Assembly: GCA_038893355.1 (NCBI GenBank)
Contig: JAWARQ010000003.1
Coordinates: 32,001 to 96,000 of the forward strand
DNA length: 64,000 bases
Direction of reading: 5' to 3'
DNA from: Sulfolobaceae archaeon
GTDB lineage: Archaea > Thermoproteota > Thermoprotei_A > Sulfolobales > Sulfolobaceae
In this document: positions 20,720-30,703 of the stretch, piece after piece
Layout of the letters: every line of letters begins with the position of its first letter
Numbering within the stretch: the stretch's first letter is position 1
Position numbers and translations under genes: made by a program
Notes under the pieces: model-generated
Database searches by the model: none
What the model was told of the DNA's origin: nothing
Seen by the model: only the letters and a program-made list of their open reading frames with translations

Positions 20720-20749
20720 AACTTAAAAATATATTCTGGGAAAATATTT

Positions 20750-21133
20750 TTAGCTGGAAATATCAAATAATGCTTTTGATATATCTGTTATGGCAAACAT
20801 TCCTATAATTTTACCATCTTTCCCTCTTACTGGTAAATGTCTTATCTTATGTTCTGCCATAATCCTTATTGCTTCAAAGACGTCAGTATCTTCATCTACA
20901 GTTATTATATTGCCTATCGTTGAAGCTAATTTCACCTCATCATTAGGATCAAGACCCATTGAAATAGCTCTAACAGCATCTCTATCAGTAAAAATCCCTA
21001 TAGGCTCGCCCTGCCTGGTAACTATTACTGAGCCAACCTTTCTCTCTATCATTAATTTGCATACTTCTCTCAAACTAGTATTCTCCTCTACTTGAAATAT
21101 AGGTGATGACATATATTTTTTTACTTGCCTCAT
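20750..21133 (-). CDS. CBS-pair protein
   Basis: GIFTDRD and IRHLPV. Confidence 0.9.
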   Translation of the reverse strand: MRQVKKYMSSPIFQVEENTSLREVCKLMIERKVGSVIVTRQGEPIGIFTDRDAVRAISMGLDPNDEVKLASTIGNIITVDEDTDVFEAIRIMAEHKIRHLPVRGKDGKIIGMFAITDISKALFDISS

Positions 21134-21141
21134 AACTTAAT

Positions 21142-21819
21142 TTAATCAGATTTTTCCCAATAAGCTTTCAATTGAACTCTTTTAGGTTCACCATACTTTA
21201 TTACATCTTCTATGACATTGCGTAAAAACTCTTCATCCTTTACTCCCCTTATTAACCAATAATCATTTACTATCATAGCAGGAACTCCCTTTATTCCTTT
21301 AGCCTTAGCATCTTCTTCGTCTTCAATAACAGCAAATTTTGCTTCTTTAGACTTTAGATCTTTAGCAAACCTTTGAACATCTAATCCTATTTTTTTAGCA
21401 ATATCTAATAATACGTACTCATTAGTTATATCTTCACCCTCAAGGAAGAATCTATCTTGAGCCTCATCAAAAAATGCCCAATGCATATCATCACCGCCCT
21501 GGAATTCTGCAGCTTTGCAACCTAATTGTGGTGGTAGTGACCAGATATATGTAAATTTACTTTTCCTTATAACCTTCTCAGGATCGTAATCACTAAAGTA
21601 CTTCTTTACAATTTCGAATTCTCTCTTTATAACCTCTTTAGCGTCTTCAGGTGTTGGTGCAATTTCTTTTATATCTTGAAGGTCTGGAATTATCATAAAT
21701 GATTTATGTTTTACTCTTACTAATCCATTGAAATCCTTTATGACCCTTCTTAATCTTTTAGACATTACATAACAGTAGGGGCATATTACATCATGATAGA
21801 AAGTGATAGTTACTTGCAC
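21142..21819 (-). CDS. DsbA/FrnE-family thiol oxidoreductase
   Basis: DVICPYCY and GIKGVP. Confidence 0.9.
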   Translation of the reverse strand: MQVTITFYHDVICPYCYVMSKRLRRVIKDFNGLVRVKHKSFMIIPDLQDIKEIAPTPEDAKEVIKREFEIVKKYFSDYDPEKVIRKSKFTYIWSLPPQLGCKAAEFQGGDDMHWAFFDEAQDRFFLEGEDITNEYVLLDIAKKIGLDVQRFAKDLKSKEAKFAVIEDEEDAKAKGIKGVPAMIVNDYWLIRGVKDEEFLRNVIEDVIKYGEPKRVQLKAYWEKSD

Positions 21820-21859
21820 AGAATATCATTATCCGACTTCGAAAATTAAAATTAACCTA

Positions 21860-22462
21860 TTAAGTCTCATCCCTTAACCTCTTTGAGATTCTATCAGCTT
21901 CCTTCAATACTCTAGGATATCCAGAGCTTTCATTAGCAATACGTAATACGTCATCTAAATCAGTTTTATGCCCAATACTATAATAAAATTTATTTACTTT
22001 TATACCAACTTTAATATTATTAACAATAATATATTCAATATTATTTTCAATTTTAATATTACCATATAATTTAGATTTTGCGACACCAATAGTTGGAAGA
22101 TCTTGTAAAACTCCTATAACTGTAGCAATACCAGCCATTCTAGGATGAGCTAAACCATGCCCATCAACTAGTACTAAATCACACTTTGAATTATCTAAGA
22201 GGGAAAGCATTAATGGCGCTTCTCTCATAAATAGATAGCCCGGAATGTAAGGAAATTTAACCTCACCTTTAACGTACCTATAAGTGAAGCTATTACTAGC
22301 CAAATCATGACTGACACATACTGCATACCCTACTTCACCCTTATAAGCTACATCCAATCCGCAAATTACCTTAACATTCTCTAGGCCTAGGTGAGAAATT
22401 TTTACATTATTTCTTATTAATCTTTGAATTTTTGTAGCAAAATTTATAATATACTCTTCCAA
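21860..22462 (-). CDS. nfi: Endonuclease V
   Basis: GLDVAY, PYIPG wedge, FMRE, DGHGLAHPR and GVAKS. Confidence 0.95.
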   Translation of the reverse strand: MEEYIINFATKIQRLIRNNVKISHLGLENVKVICGLDVAYKGEVGYAVCVSHDLASNSFTYRYVKGEVKFPYIPGYLFMREAPLMLSLLDNSKCDLVLVDGHGLAHPRMAGIATVIGVLQDLPTIGVAKSKLYGNIKIENNIEYIIVNNIKVGIKVNKFYYSIGHKTDLDDVLRIANESSGYPRVLKEADRISKRLRDET

Positions 22463-22917
22463 TTACCCTTCACCATAGACCATAATCTTATTAAAAACAT
22501 CTCTTGTTCATAAGTTTCTATTGCTCCAGGCCTATAACTTCTTACTTCTTCTATTGCACTAAATGCATCAAAGTTTTCAGTAACCATTAAATACCCTGCA
22601 ATAATAGTCCCAGTTCTTCCAATTCCGCCTACACAATGTACTAGATTTCCATGATCTTTTAATAACCACCTAATGATTTCCTTAAACTGCTCTAGTGTAG
22701 GGGGATAGCCATTAGGTATTGGTTCATGTAAAACTTCTAGACCTTTATTTTTAAGGATTGAAAAGTAATAATCTCTATCACCCCATGCTTCCTCTATCTC
22801 CCAATCCTCTGCTAATACTAATACTCTCTTAACCCCATTACTCTTCCACTCCTCAATATCATACTCAGAGTAAGGCATAGAGGAACCACCTATCTTCCCC
22901 TTCCTTACCCAATAAAT
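22444..22917 (-). CDS. Dual-specificity protein phosphatase (SsoPTP-like), apparent ATT start at 22917
   Basis: HCVGGIGRTG P-loop. The in-frame upstream IYWVRKGKIGGSSMPY matches the MYWVR...IGGS.LPY N-terminus recalled for Sulfolobus PTP. Confidence 0.88.
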   Translation of the reverse strand: MYWVRKGKIGGSSMPYSEYDIEEWKSNGVKRVLVLAEDWEIEEAWGDRDYYFSILKNKGLEVLHEPIPNGYPPTLEQFKEIIRWLLKDHGNLVHCVGGIGRTGTIIAGYLMVTENFDAFSAIEEVRSYRPGAIETYEQEMFLIRLWSMVKGNWKSIL

Positions 22918-22993
22918 CTTTCATCACCTCTCAGAAGATCCGCTGAAATTCACCTAATCAATTTATTAAATGTTAAGAGTAAAATATAAAGTT

Positions 22994-23773
22994 ATGAAGA
23001 GATTATCTACTGGAATACCAGAATTTGATAAGCTAATACAAGGCGGAATACCCCAGAACTTCTTTGTAGCAGTGACCGGAGAGCCAGGGACTGGTAAGAC
23101 TGTATTCTCACTACATTTCATAGCTAAGGGTTTAAAGGACGGAAATCCTTGTATTTACGTAACTACTGAAGAGAGCAGAGACTCAATAATAGCTCAAGCA
23201 AAGCAGTTCGGCTGGGATTTTGAAGAACATTTAGAGAAGAGGTTAATAATAATAGATGCATTAATGAAGGAAAGAGATGATAAATGGTCCATAATTGATT
23301 TAACTCCAGAAGAGCTCGTAAATAAGGTTATAGAAGCAAAACAATACTTAGGAAAAGGCGAAGCAAGGCTTGTAATTGATTCAGTAAGTGCCTTATTTTT
23401 GGATAAGCCTGCTATGGCTAGAAAAATTACCTATTATCTTAAACGGGTATTAAATAAATGGCATTTCACTATCTATGCAACCTCTCAGTATGCTATAACC
23501 ACCTCCTCGGCGTTTGGATTTGGAGTAGAACATGTAGCTGATGGTATAATAAGGTTTAGGAGATCTATAAAGGAAGGGAAACTTAGGAGATTCATTATGA
23601 TAGAGAAAATGAGGCAAACAGACCATGATAAGTACTTATGGGAAATAGATATTGTAGATGGGAAAGGGATTATATTACTCGGAAAGGTAGAGAAAAGAAG
23701 AGAAGATTTTGCACTACCAGAAAAGGTTATGGAAAGAATAAAGAAGTCACAAGAAGAAAACGAAATCACTTAA
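22994..23773 (+). CDS. KaiC-like RecA-family ATPase
   Basis: STGIPEFD, GEPGTGKT, TTEE, VIDS and IEKMR. Likely start at the second Met. Confidence 0.92.
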   Translation: MKRLSTGIPEFDKLIQGGIPQNFFVAVTGEPGTGKTVFSLHFIAKGLKDGNPCIYVTTEESRDSIIAQAKQFGWDFEEHLEKRLIIIDALMKERDDKWSIIDLTPEELVNKVIEAKQYLGKGEARLVIDSVSALFLDKPAMARKITYYLKRVLNKWHFTIYATSQYAITTSSAFGFGVEHVADGIIRFRRSIKEGKLRRFIMIEKMRQTDHDKYLWEIDIVDGKGIILLGKVEKRREDFALPEKVMERIKKSQEENEIT

Positions 23774-24605
23774 CTAGACTCCTAACTATTATAAATATTA
23801 TTATCACTATCATTATGAGAACAAAAGAGGCTCCCCATGCTACTTCATTCAGATTAGAATACCCGCTAAATGCATAATTATAAATCAATACTGGAACTCC
23901 AGTAACTGGGCTAGTGAATGATGTAAGATATAAATTAGCAGTTGAGGTAGTCACTAGAAGTATTGGTGCAGTTTCACCTATAATCTTTGCAAAACCTATT
24001 AGTAAACCAGTAATTATACCCCTCCTGCTTGCTGAAACTATTAATTTCATGACCTGCCACGTCGAAAGCCCTAAAGAATATCCAACCTCCTCATATAATC
24101 TTCTTGGAATTCTTAACGATTCACTTATCTGTATTGTAGAATATGGTAACATTACAATAGATAATGCTATTGCACCACTTATCCCATTCAATCCTATATT
24201 AAAAGTATGATTAGCTATTGAAAATCCTACCACGAATACTGAAAATACTACTATACCTACAACAATAGTTGGAAATTCAACAATTAGTTCTAAACTTGCT
24301 CTAATTATCTTGGCTATTCTAGACCTTTCATAAAAGGTTAGGAATATTCCGCTAAATATTGAGATAGGGCCAGAAATAAGTAATGCTAAAGCTACCATAT
24401 ACAATGAACCCTCTAATGCAGGACCTATCCCGCCTAATCCATTTCCTGGAATTGGAGGCAGATCTATAAAGAACCTAGGACCATATCTGAAAATAACAGA
24501 AAGTCCATTTCGTATAATATCATATAATAAAAAGAAAATTGGTAAGAAAAATAATATTACTAAAAATGTTATTAATGAAATTATAAATAAATCTTTAAAT
24601 CTCAT
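23766..24605 (-). CDS. pstA: Phosphate ABC permease PstA
   Basis: GGIGPALEG, FPTIVVG and GETAP. Confidence 0.93.
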   Translation of the reverse strand: MRFKDLFIISLITFLVILFFLPIFFLLYDIIRNGLSVIFRYGPRFFIDLPPIPGNGLGGIGPALEGSLYMVALALLISGPISIFSGIFLTFYERSRIAKIIRASLELIVEFPTIVVGIVVFSVFVVGFSIANHTFNIGLNGISGAIALSIVMLPYSTIQISESLRIPRRLYEEVGYSLGLSTWQVMKLIVSASRRGIITGLLIGFAKIIGETAPILLVTTSTANLYLTSFTSPVTGVPVLIYNYAFSGYSNLNEVAWGASFVLIMIVIIIFIIVRSLVK

Positions 24606-24609
24606 AATT

Positions 24610-25506
24610 TCACCTTAATATGATTCTCGATAAAATTACAAATGATATTCCTATAACTATCAAAAATAACGCCAATGCAAACATTGCATTATACTGTAAG
24701 CCGTATGCAGTACCAAATTGACTAACTATTAGCGACGAGATAGTATAACCTGGTGCTAGTAAATTCGGGGAAAGGTTTAGTATATTGCCTATAGTTAAGC
24801 TCACGGCAACAGTTTCCCCAGTTGCTCTACCGAATGCTAGAGCATAAGCCCCTAAAAAAGATCTCTTTATATAGGAAATCTTTATTCTAATTAACTCCCA
24901 CTTCCCAAGACCTAAAGAATATACAGCCTCCTCAATATATCTCGGAACTTGTGAGTAAGTCTCCCTTAATAAAGAAGATGCAAATGGTGTGATCATAAAG
25001 GTTAATACTATTGCTGCTAATAGTATGCTAGGGCCACTCGTATTCCTATAAGAAAATAAGGGTAAGAAACCTAGGTAGTTATAAAGAAAATTGAATAAAT
25101 TATCAGACAAGAATGGACCTAGAGACAATAAACCCCAAAATCCATAAACTACCGTAGGAAAAGATGCTAGGAGATCCGAAAGATTAGTTAAAAAGCTCTT
25201 AAGTCTTACTGGTGCAATATCATTTATAAATATCGCGAGAGATAAGGAGAATGGAATGGAGAAAATTATACTTAATCCTGCAGTTATTAGAGTTCCATAT
25301 ATCGCAGCTAATCCCCCATATTTGTCATCACTTGGATTCCAAATGTTTGTAGTATATATTGATATACCCAATTTCTGAAATGCGGGAATGGAATTATACA
25401 ATAAGACGCTAATTAGTAATAAAAAAGTACCAATTGCAACCATTGATGGTATTAATAATAAATAAAAAACTTTCTCTCTTTTTCTCTTAATTTTAGCACT
25501 TATCAT
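24610..25506 (-). CDS. pstC: Phosphate ABC permease PstC
   Basis: WNP..YG, FPTVVYGFWG and GRATGET. Confidence 0.93.
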   Translation of the reverse strand: MISAKIKRKREKVFYLLLIPSMVAIGTFLLLISVLLYNSIPAFQKLGISIYTTNIWNPSDDKYGGLAAIYGTLITAGLSIIFSIPFSLSLAIFINDIAPVRLKSFLTNLSDLLASFPTVVYGFWGLLSLGPFLSDNLFNFLYNYLGFLPLFSYRNTSGPSILLAAIVLTFMITPFASSLLRETYSQVPRYIEEAVYSLGLGKWELIRIKISYIKRSFLGAYALAFGRATGETVAVSLTIGNILNLSPNLLAPGYTISSLIVSQFGTAYGLQYNAMFALALFLIVIGISFVILSRIILR

Positions 25507-25507
25507 A

Positions 25508-26689
25508 TCAACTCACTTGAGAATAGATCGGATTACCATTATATGTAATTTGCTTTAGGTTGTCCAAAACTAACTGCTGAATATTTGAAGGTAAAGGAAT
25601 ATAACCAGAGGGTAATACATTTTGGCCATCTGTAACTATGTATTTCAAGAAAAGATAGATTGCCTTAGCCTTTGACTGATCAGGATAGTCTGCCTTAACT
25701 ATTAGCCACGAAAAAGATACTATTGGATATGCATCTTTAGCCTTTACATTTAAAAATACTGATAAGTAATTAGATAAGTCTTGAGTAAGTGAAGGAAGTG
25801 CAGAGAGATTTGCATTTTGAACTGCTGATTTAATTGAATTAACATCGGGTAATACAAATTCACCAGTTGAAGGATTTTGAATACTTGCAGCCTTTAAATT
25901 ATTAGCAATTGCATATTGAGCCTCAACATATCCTATTGAATACGGGTTTTGAGAAACATAAGCTGTTACACCATCACTCCCCTTCCCTCCCAAACCATTT
26001 CCTAAAGAATCTACTGGCCAATTCACTGTAAAGCCATATCCTATTCCCGAATTCTTCCAAGCGTTAGTAGATATGTAAAGCCAATATGTAAATATATAAG
26101 TTGTCCCGCTTCCGTCACTCCTATGTACTACAATTATCTTTTGATGTGGAAAATTATAGTATGGATTTAATGCCTTTATTGCAGGATCATCCCAATACTG
26201 TATTTGACCTAGATATATCTTAGCTAATACATCTGCTGTTAAATTCAAAGTGCCAGTAAAACCTGGTAAATTGTAAATAATATCAACAGCACCAACAACA
26301 TCTGGGATAGTAAGTATCTTGCCGTATTTTTGGACTAATTGTTGATATAAACTACTAGGAGGCGGTACATCTGAGGCTCCAATATCATACACTCCTTGGA
26401 GAAAATTATTTACACCAGTTCCACTTCCAACAGCACTATATGTAACTTGAATTCCAGGGTACCTAGATTGAAATTCTCTTGTCCATACTTGCATTGCAGG
26501 ATTTATAAATGTAGAACCACCTGCTATTATGCTCGCAGAAATTTGAGATACTGGATTGGATGTCTGTGAAGTTGGATTAGAGGGCGTTGTTGATGATTGT
26601 GGATTAGCTACTACTAAATAAACTACTACTCCTACTATTACTATAATTACAATTATTACTCCAATTAAAAGTCTAGATATGCCTTTCAT
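25508..26689 (-). CDS. pstS: Phosphate-binding protein PstS
   Basis: GGSTF, GSGTG, ASD, HRSDGSGTT and IGYVE. Confidence 0.95.
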   Translation of the reverse strand: MKGISRLLIGVIIVIIVIVGVVVYLVVANPQSSTTPSNPTSQTSNPVSQISASIIAGGSTFINPAMQVWTREFQSRYPGIQVTYSAVGSGTGVNNFLQGVYDIGASDVPPPSSLYQQLVQKYGKILTIPDVVGAVDIIYNLPGFTGTLNLTADVLAKIYLGQIQYWDDPAIKALNPYYNFPHQKIIVVHRSDGSGTTYIFTYWLYISTNAWKNSGIGYGFTVNWPVDSLGNGLGGKGSDGVTAYVSQNPYSIGYVEAQYAIANNLKAASIQNPSTGEFVLPDVNSIKSAVQNANLSALPSLTQDLSNYLSVFLNVKAKDAYPIVSFSWLIVKADYPDQSKAKAIYLFLKYIVTDGQNVLPSGYIPLPSNIQQLVLDNLKQITYNGNPIYSQVS

Positions 26690-26695
26690 GTGATA

Positions 26696-26730
26696 TAGTG
26701 AATATTTATACCTAAAAGAGTAGTGAATAT
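26696..26730. repeat. 10-bp direct repeat TAGTGAATAT x2 in divergent pstS/pstB promoter
   Basis: Exact copies at 26696-26705 and 26721-26730. Confidence 0.5.
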
Positions 26731-26801
26731 ATTATATATAACACTTTATAGGCTATATAGAATCTGGAAATCGATTTTTATACTCAAGCAAATAGTATAA
26801 A

Positions 26802-27587
26802 TTGAGTGTAATGAATAATAATGAGAATAACGTAGAGAATGTATTTGAAATTTACGATCTTAGGCTTTCGATAAACGGAAAATTAATTTTAAAAAATATC
26901 TCATCCCTTAAAATCCCGAAGAATTCAGTCTTTGGAATAATGGGACCTTCTGGTTCTGGTAAATCTACATTATTAAAGGTTTTAAATAGATTAATCGAGC
27001 TTTATGATGGAGTAAGGGTAGAAGGAAAGGTTCTTTATATGGGTAAGAATATCTTCGAGATAAATCCTATCCAGTTAAGAAAGGAAGTCGGAATGGTGTT
27101 CCAACAACCTAATCCTTTCCCACATATGAGTATATATGATAATATTGCTTATCCATTAAAGGCTCATGGCATAAAAGATAAGGCAGAGATTAGAAGAATC
27201 GTGGAGGATTCTTTAAGAAGAGTAGGACTATGGGATGAAGTAAAAGATAGATTGAATTCCCCTGCATCCCAATTATCAGGAGGTCAACAGCAAAGGTTAA
27301 CTATTGCTAGGGCTTTGGCATTAAGACCAAAGGTGCTTTTAATGGATGAGCCCACATCTATGATAGATGTAGTTAGCGCGCAAAAAATTGAGAACTTAAT
27401 TATAGAATTAAAGAAAGAGATTACAATTATTATCGTATCCCATAATCCACATCAAGCTGCAAGGGTTGCAGATTATGTTGCATTTATATATTCTGGTGAA
27501 CTAGTAGAATGGGGCCCTACAAAAGAAATCTTTACATCTCCTAAAAGTGAACTTACCGAGAGGTATGTGATAGGGAGGTTAGGATAA
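26802..27587 (+). CDS. pstB: Phosphate ABC ATPase PstB
   Basis: GPSGSGKS, FQQPNPF, LSGGQQQR and DEPTS. Confidence 0.96.
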   Translation: MSVMNNNENNVENVFEIYDLRLSINGKLILKNISSLKIPKNSVFGIMGPSGSGKSTLLKVLNRLIELYDGVRVEGKVLYMGKNIFEINPIQLRKEVGMVFQQPNPFPHMSIYDNIAYPLKAHGIKDKAEIRRIVEDSLRRVGLWDEVKDRLNSPASQLSGGQQQRLTIARALALRPKVLLMDEPTSMIDVVSAQKIENLIIELKKEITIIIVSHNPHQAARVADYVAFIYSGELVEWGPTKEIFTSPKSELTERYVIGRLG

Positions 27588-28199
27588 TTGGTTAGATTAA
27601 TAGATTTAGGATTAGAAAAACTTCATGAATTATTGGACAGAATGATAGAAGAAACTATAATGACGATGAATGAATTATTAAACCTAAAGACAATTAATGT
27701 GAGTAGATTAGATGAAATTTCTAAGAGAATAAGAAGTATAAAAGATGAGGTTCATGATTTAGTTATGGAGATTATAATTAGATATCAACCAGTAGCCTCA
27801 GACCTAAGAGATCTTAAGTCTGCGCTAGAGATTTCTTATGGATTATATAGAATTACTCGTTATATAAGGGATATAGTATATACTATTGCAGATTCAAAAG
27901 TAGACTTTTCACAGTGCAAGGAAGCAGAAATTGAAAGAGTAATGAAAATAGTTAAAAACATGCTAACTCATACTTTAAGAGCTTATAAGGATAGAGATGA
28001 GAAACTTGCAAGGGAAGTAATTGAAATGGATAAAGAAGTTGATGAGGCTTTCAGAAGATATTTCAATAAAGCTCTATCTTCTGGGAAAACATGTGATATT
28101 ATTAATTTACTAATTTTAAGGTCATTAGAAAGACTAGCAGACCATTGCGTATACATAGCTGAATCTACATTATTTGTATTAGGTAAAAGAAGTGTTTAG
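27588..28199 (+). CDS. phoU: Phosphate uptake regulator PhoU
   Basis: RYQPVASDLR and LERLADH. Confidence 0.93.
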   Translation: MVRLIDLGLEKLHELLDRMIEETIMTMNELLNLKTINVSRLDEISKRIRSIKDEVHDLVMEIIIRYQPVASDLRDLKSALEISYGLYRITRYIRDIVYTIADSKVDFSQCKEAEIERVMKIVKNMLTHTLRAYKDRDEKLAREVIEMDKEVDEAFRRYFNKALSSGKTCDIINLLILRSLERLADHCVYIAESTLFVLGKRSV

Positions 28200-30126
28200 A
28201 CTAGGTTCTAGCTTCAGTGAGAATGAAGCTGGAACAGAATTTGTACTATATTCAGAAAATGCTAAAGATATAGAGCTTTATATTTATAAAAATAATAAGA
28301 AATATCCAAAGGAACAAATAAAGTTAAAGAGAGTAGGAAATTTTTGGTACGCATTCGTACCTGGAGCCGTGCCGGGTACACTTTATAATTACAGAGTTTA
28401 CGGAGTATATGATCCGAATAAAGGACACAGATTTAATCATAATAAAGAATTAATTGATCCTTTTGCAAGAGCTATAAATGGAATAATCAGACTCAGAGAC
28501 GAGCATTATGGCTACAAGTATGGTAGTGATTTAGAAGACTTATCTTTTGATGAGAGAGATTCTAGTCAATTCATGCCTAAATCAGTAGTTATTGATCCCC
28601 ATTTCGAATGGGAAGACAAGAATTTTAAGAGAATACCATGGGAAAAAACAATAATTTATGAAACGCATGTAAAGGGCTTAACTATAAACAGAAAGGATTT
28701 ACCCCATAATATTAGAGGTAAATATTCCGCTCTATCCTCAAAGAATATTATAGAATATTTCACTGAGCTTGGAATAACGACAATAGAACTAATGCCAATT
28801 TCCAGTTTTGTTGATGAAAGGTTCCTTATAGAAAAGGGATTAAATAATTATTGGGGTTATAATCCCATAGCGTTCTACGCGCCAGATTGTAGATACTCAA
28901 GCTCTAGCTGTAATGGAGAGCAGGTAAAAGAACTAAAAAAGGTTGTAAATGAATTACACATAGCAGGGTTTGAAGTAATTCTTGACATCGTATTTAATCA
29001 TACTGCAGAATATAATCATTTAGGGCCAACATTATCGTTTAAAGGTCTCGATAACAGAACTTACTACTTATTGGATCCAAAAAATCCGAGATTTTATCTA
29101 GATTACACTGGTACTGGTAATACGATAAATTATACTCACCCAATTGTGGCTCAAATGATAATTGATTGTATGAGATATTGGGCGTTAGAATACCATGTTG
29201 ACGGATTTAGATTAGATTTAGCAACAGTTTTCTCTAGAATAGATTATAACAGAATAGATTTCGAGAAAAGCATAATTGGACTTATAAGAAAGGACCCCAT
29301 ACTTTCTGGGCTTAAAATTATAGTTGAGCCTTGGGACTTTGGACCAAATGGTTTCCAACTTGGTAAATTCGGAGAACCATTTAGAGAATGGAATTTAAGC
29401 TATAGGAACCTCATTCGAAGGCTCTGGAGAGGAGAGATGGTAGATATAGTAGAGCTAGAGAAGAGATTAAACGGTTCTCTTGATATTTTCAGTTCTGAAT
29501 ACAGAAGTATAAATTATATAACATCGCATGATGGTTTTACCTTAGAAGATCTTGTAAGTTATAATAAAAAACATAATGAAGATAATTACCTTAATAACAA
29601 AGATGGTGAAGATGAAAATTATAGTTGGAACTGTGGAAGTGAAGGGGAAAGTGAGAATGAAAACGTAATACTATGTAGAGAGAGAAGGAAGAGAGGGATG
29701 ATGTTAACATTATTACTTAGTAAGGGAATTCCGATGATCTTAGGAGGAGATGAAATAAATAGGACTCAGAAGGGAAACAATAATGCGTTTTGCCAAGATA
29801 ATGAAATAAGTTGGTATAATTGGATTTTAAATGATAGAAAATTAAAATTTTTAAATTTTGTAAAAAAAGCTATTAAAATTCGAAAGAGTATAAAATTTAA
29901 CGAAATAAAGATAAGATATTCACATAATAACTTCATAGTCATAGATATAGATGAAGGTAAATATATATTTTTAATAAATGCTAAATCTGGTAAAAAAGAA
30001 GAATTTGAATTTAAAGAAAATTATAAAATACTGTTATCGTGTGACGATAATGTGAATATTAAGGAGAACAAGATTATAATAGATGAATTTTCATGTGCCT
30101 TACTTCAATTATCTTCTACACACTGA
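28192..30126 (+). CDS. treX: Glycogen debranching enzyme (GH13 TreX/GlgX)
   Basis: YETHVKG, NYWGY, VFNHT, GFRLDLA, VEPWD and SHDGFTL. Confidence 0.93.
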   Translation: MFRLGSSFSENEAGTEFVLYSENAKDIELYIYKNNKKYPKEQIKLKRVGNFWYAFVPGAVPGTLYNYRVYGVYDPNKGHRFNHNKELIDPFARAINGIIRLRDEHYGYKYGSDLEDLSFDERDSSQFMPKSVVIDPHFEWEDKNFKRIPWEKTIIYETHVKGLTINRKDLPHNIRGKYSALSSKNIIEYFTELGITTIELMPISSFVDERFLIEKGLNNYWGYNPIAFYAPDCRYSSSSCNGEQVKELKKVVNELHIAGFEVILDIVFNHTAEYNHLGPTLSFKGLDNRTYYLLDPKNPRFYLDYTGTGNTINYTHPIVAQMIIDCMRYWALEYHVDGFRLDLATVFSRIDYNRIDFEKSIIGLIRKDPILSGLKIIVEPWDFGPNGFQLGKFGEPFREWNLSYRNLIRRLWRGEMVDIVELEKRLNGSLDIFSSEYRSINYITSHDGFTLEDLVSYNKKHNEDNYLNNKDGEDENYSWNCGSEGESENENVILCRERRKRGMMLTLLLSKGIPMILGGDEINRTQKGNNNAFCQDNEISWYNWILNDRKLKFLNFVKKAIKIRKSIKFNEIKIRYSHNNFIVIDIDEGKYIFLINAKSGKKEEFEFKENYKILLSCDDNVNIKENKIIIDEFSCALLQLSSTH

Positions 30127-30672
30127 CAGAAAGTTTTTATAAATCTCTACACCATGTTGAGTATGCTTTACTTCTGGATGGAATTGGACTGAATAAAAGC
30201 CTTTATCTTCATTAACCATAGCCTGAATCTTAGCACTCTCGCTATACGCTATTACCTCAAAACCTTGCGGTTCTTTGATAACTTCATCACTATGACTCTC
30301 CCAGACTACCAACTTTCTAGGTAAATTCCTAAATAGAGTGTCCTCCTTTATTATATGAATCTCTGTAAGACCGTATTCTGGTTTCTCAGCCTTCCTTACT
30401 ACTCCTCCCAACACATGGGCTATTAATTCATGACCCAAACAAACTCCCATTATAGGAATACTTAATTTAGTAATATATTCCTTAGCATAGCCCATTTTAT
30501 CAAGATCTTGATACACTGAATACGGTCCACCACCTAAAATTAAACAGTCAGTATTAATATCTTCAGGCTTAACAGTTGGTTCAATAGAAGTAGCATCTAT
30601 TCCCAGGTTCTTTAGAAGCTTTAAGATCAGATGATTGTATTGTCCTCCAAAATATACTACAGTAACTTTCAC
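30109..30672 (-). CDS. guaAA: GMP synthase glutaminase subunit A
   Basis: FGGQY, GGGP, GVCLG and QFHPEV. Confidence 0.93.
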   Translation of the reverse strand: MKVTVVYFGGQYNHLILKLLKNLGIDATSIEPTVKPEDINTDCLILGGGPYSVYQDLDKMGYAKEYITKLSIPIMGVCLGHELIAHVLGGVVRKAEKPEYGLTEIHIIKEDTLFRNLPRKLVVWESHSDEVIKEPQGFEVIAYSESAKIQAMVNEDKGFYSVQFHPEVKHTQHGVEIYKNFLSVCRR

Positions 30673-30703
30673 GAAAATTTAATGTTATAATGAAATTAAA
30701 AAA

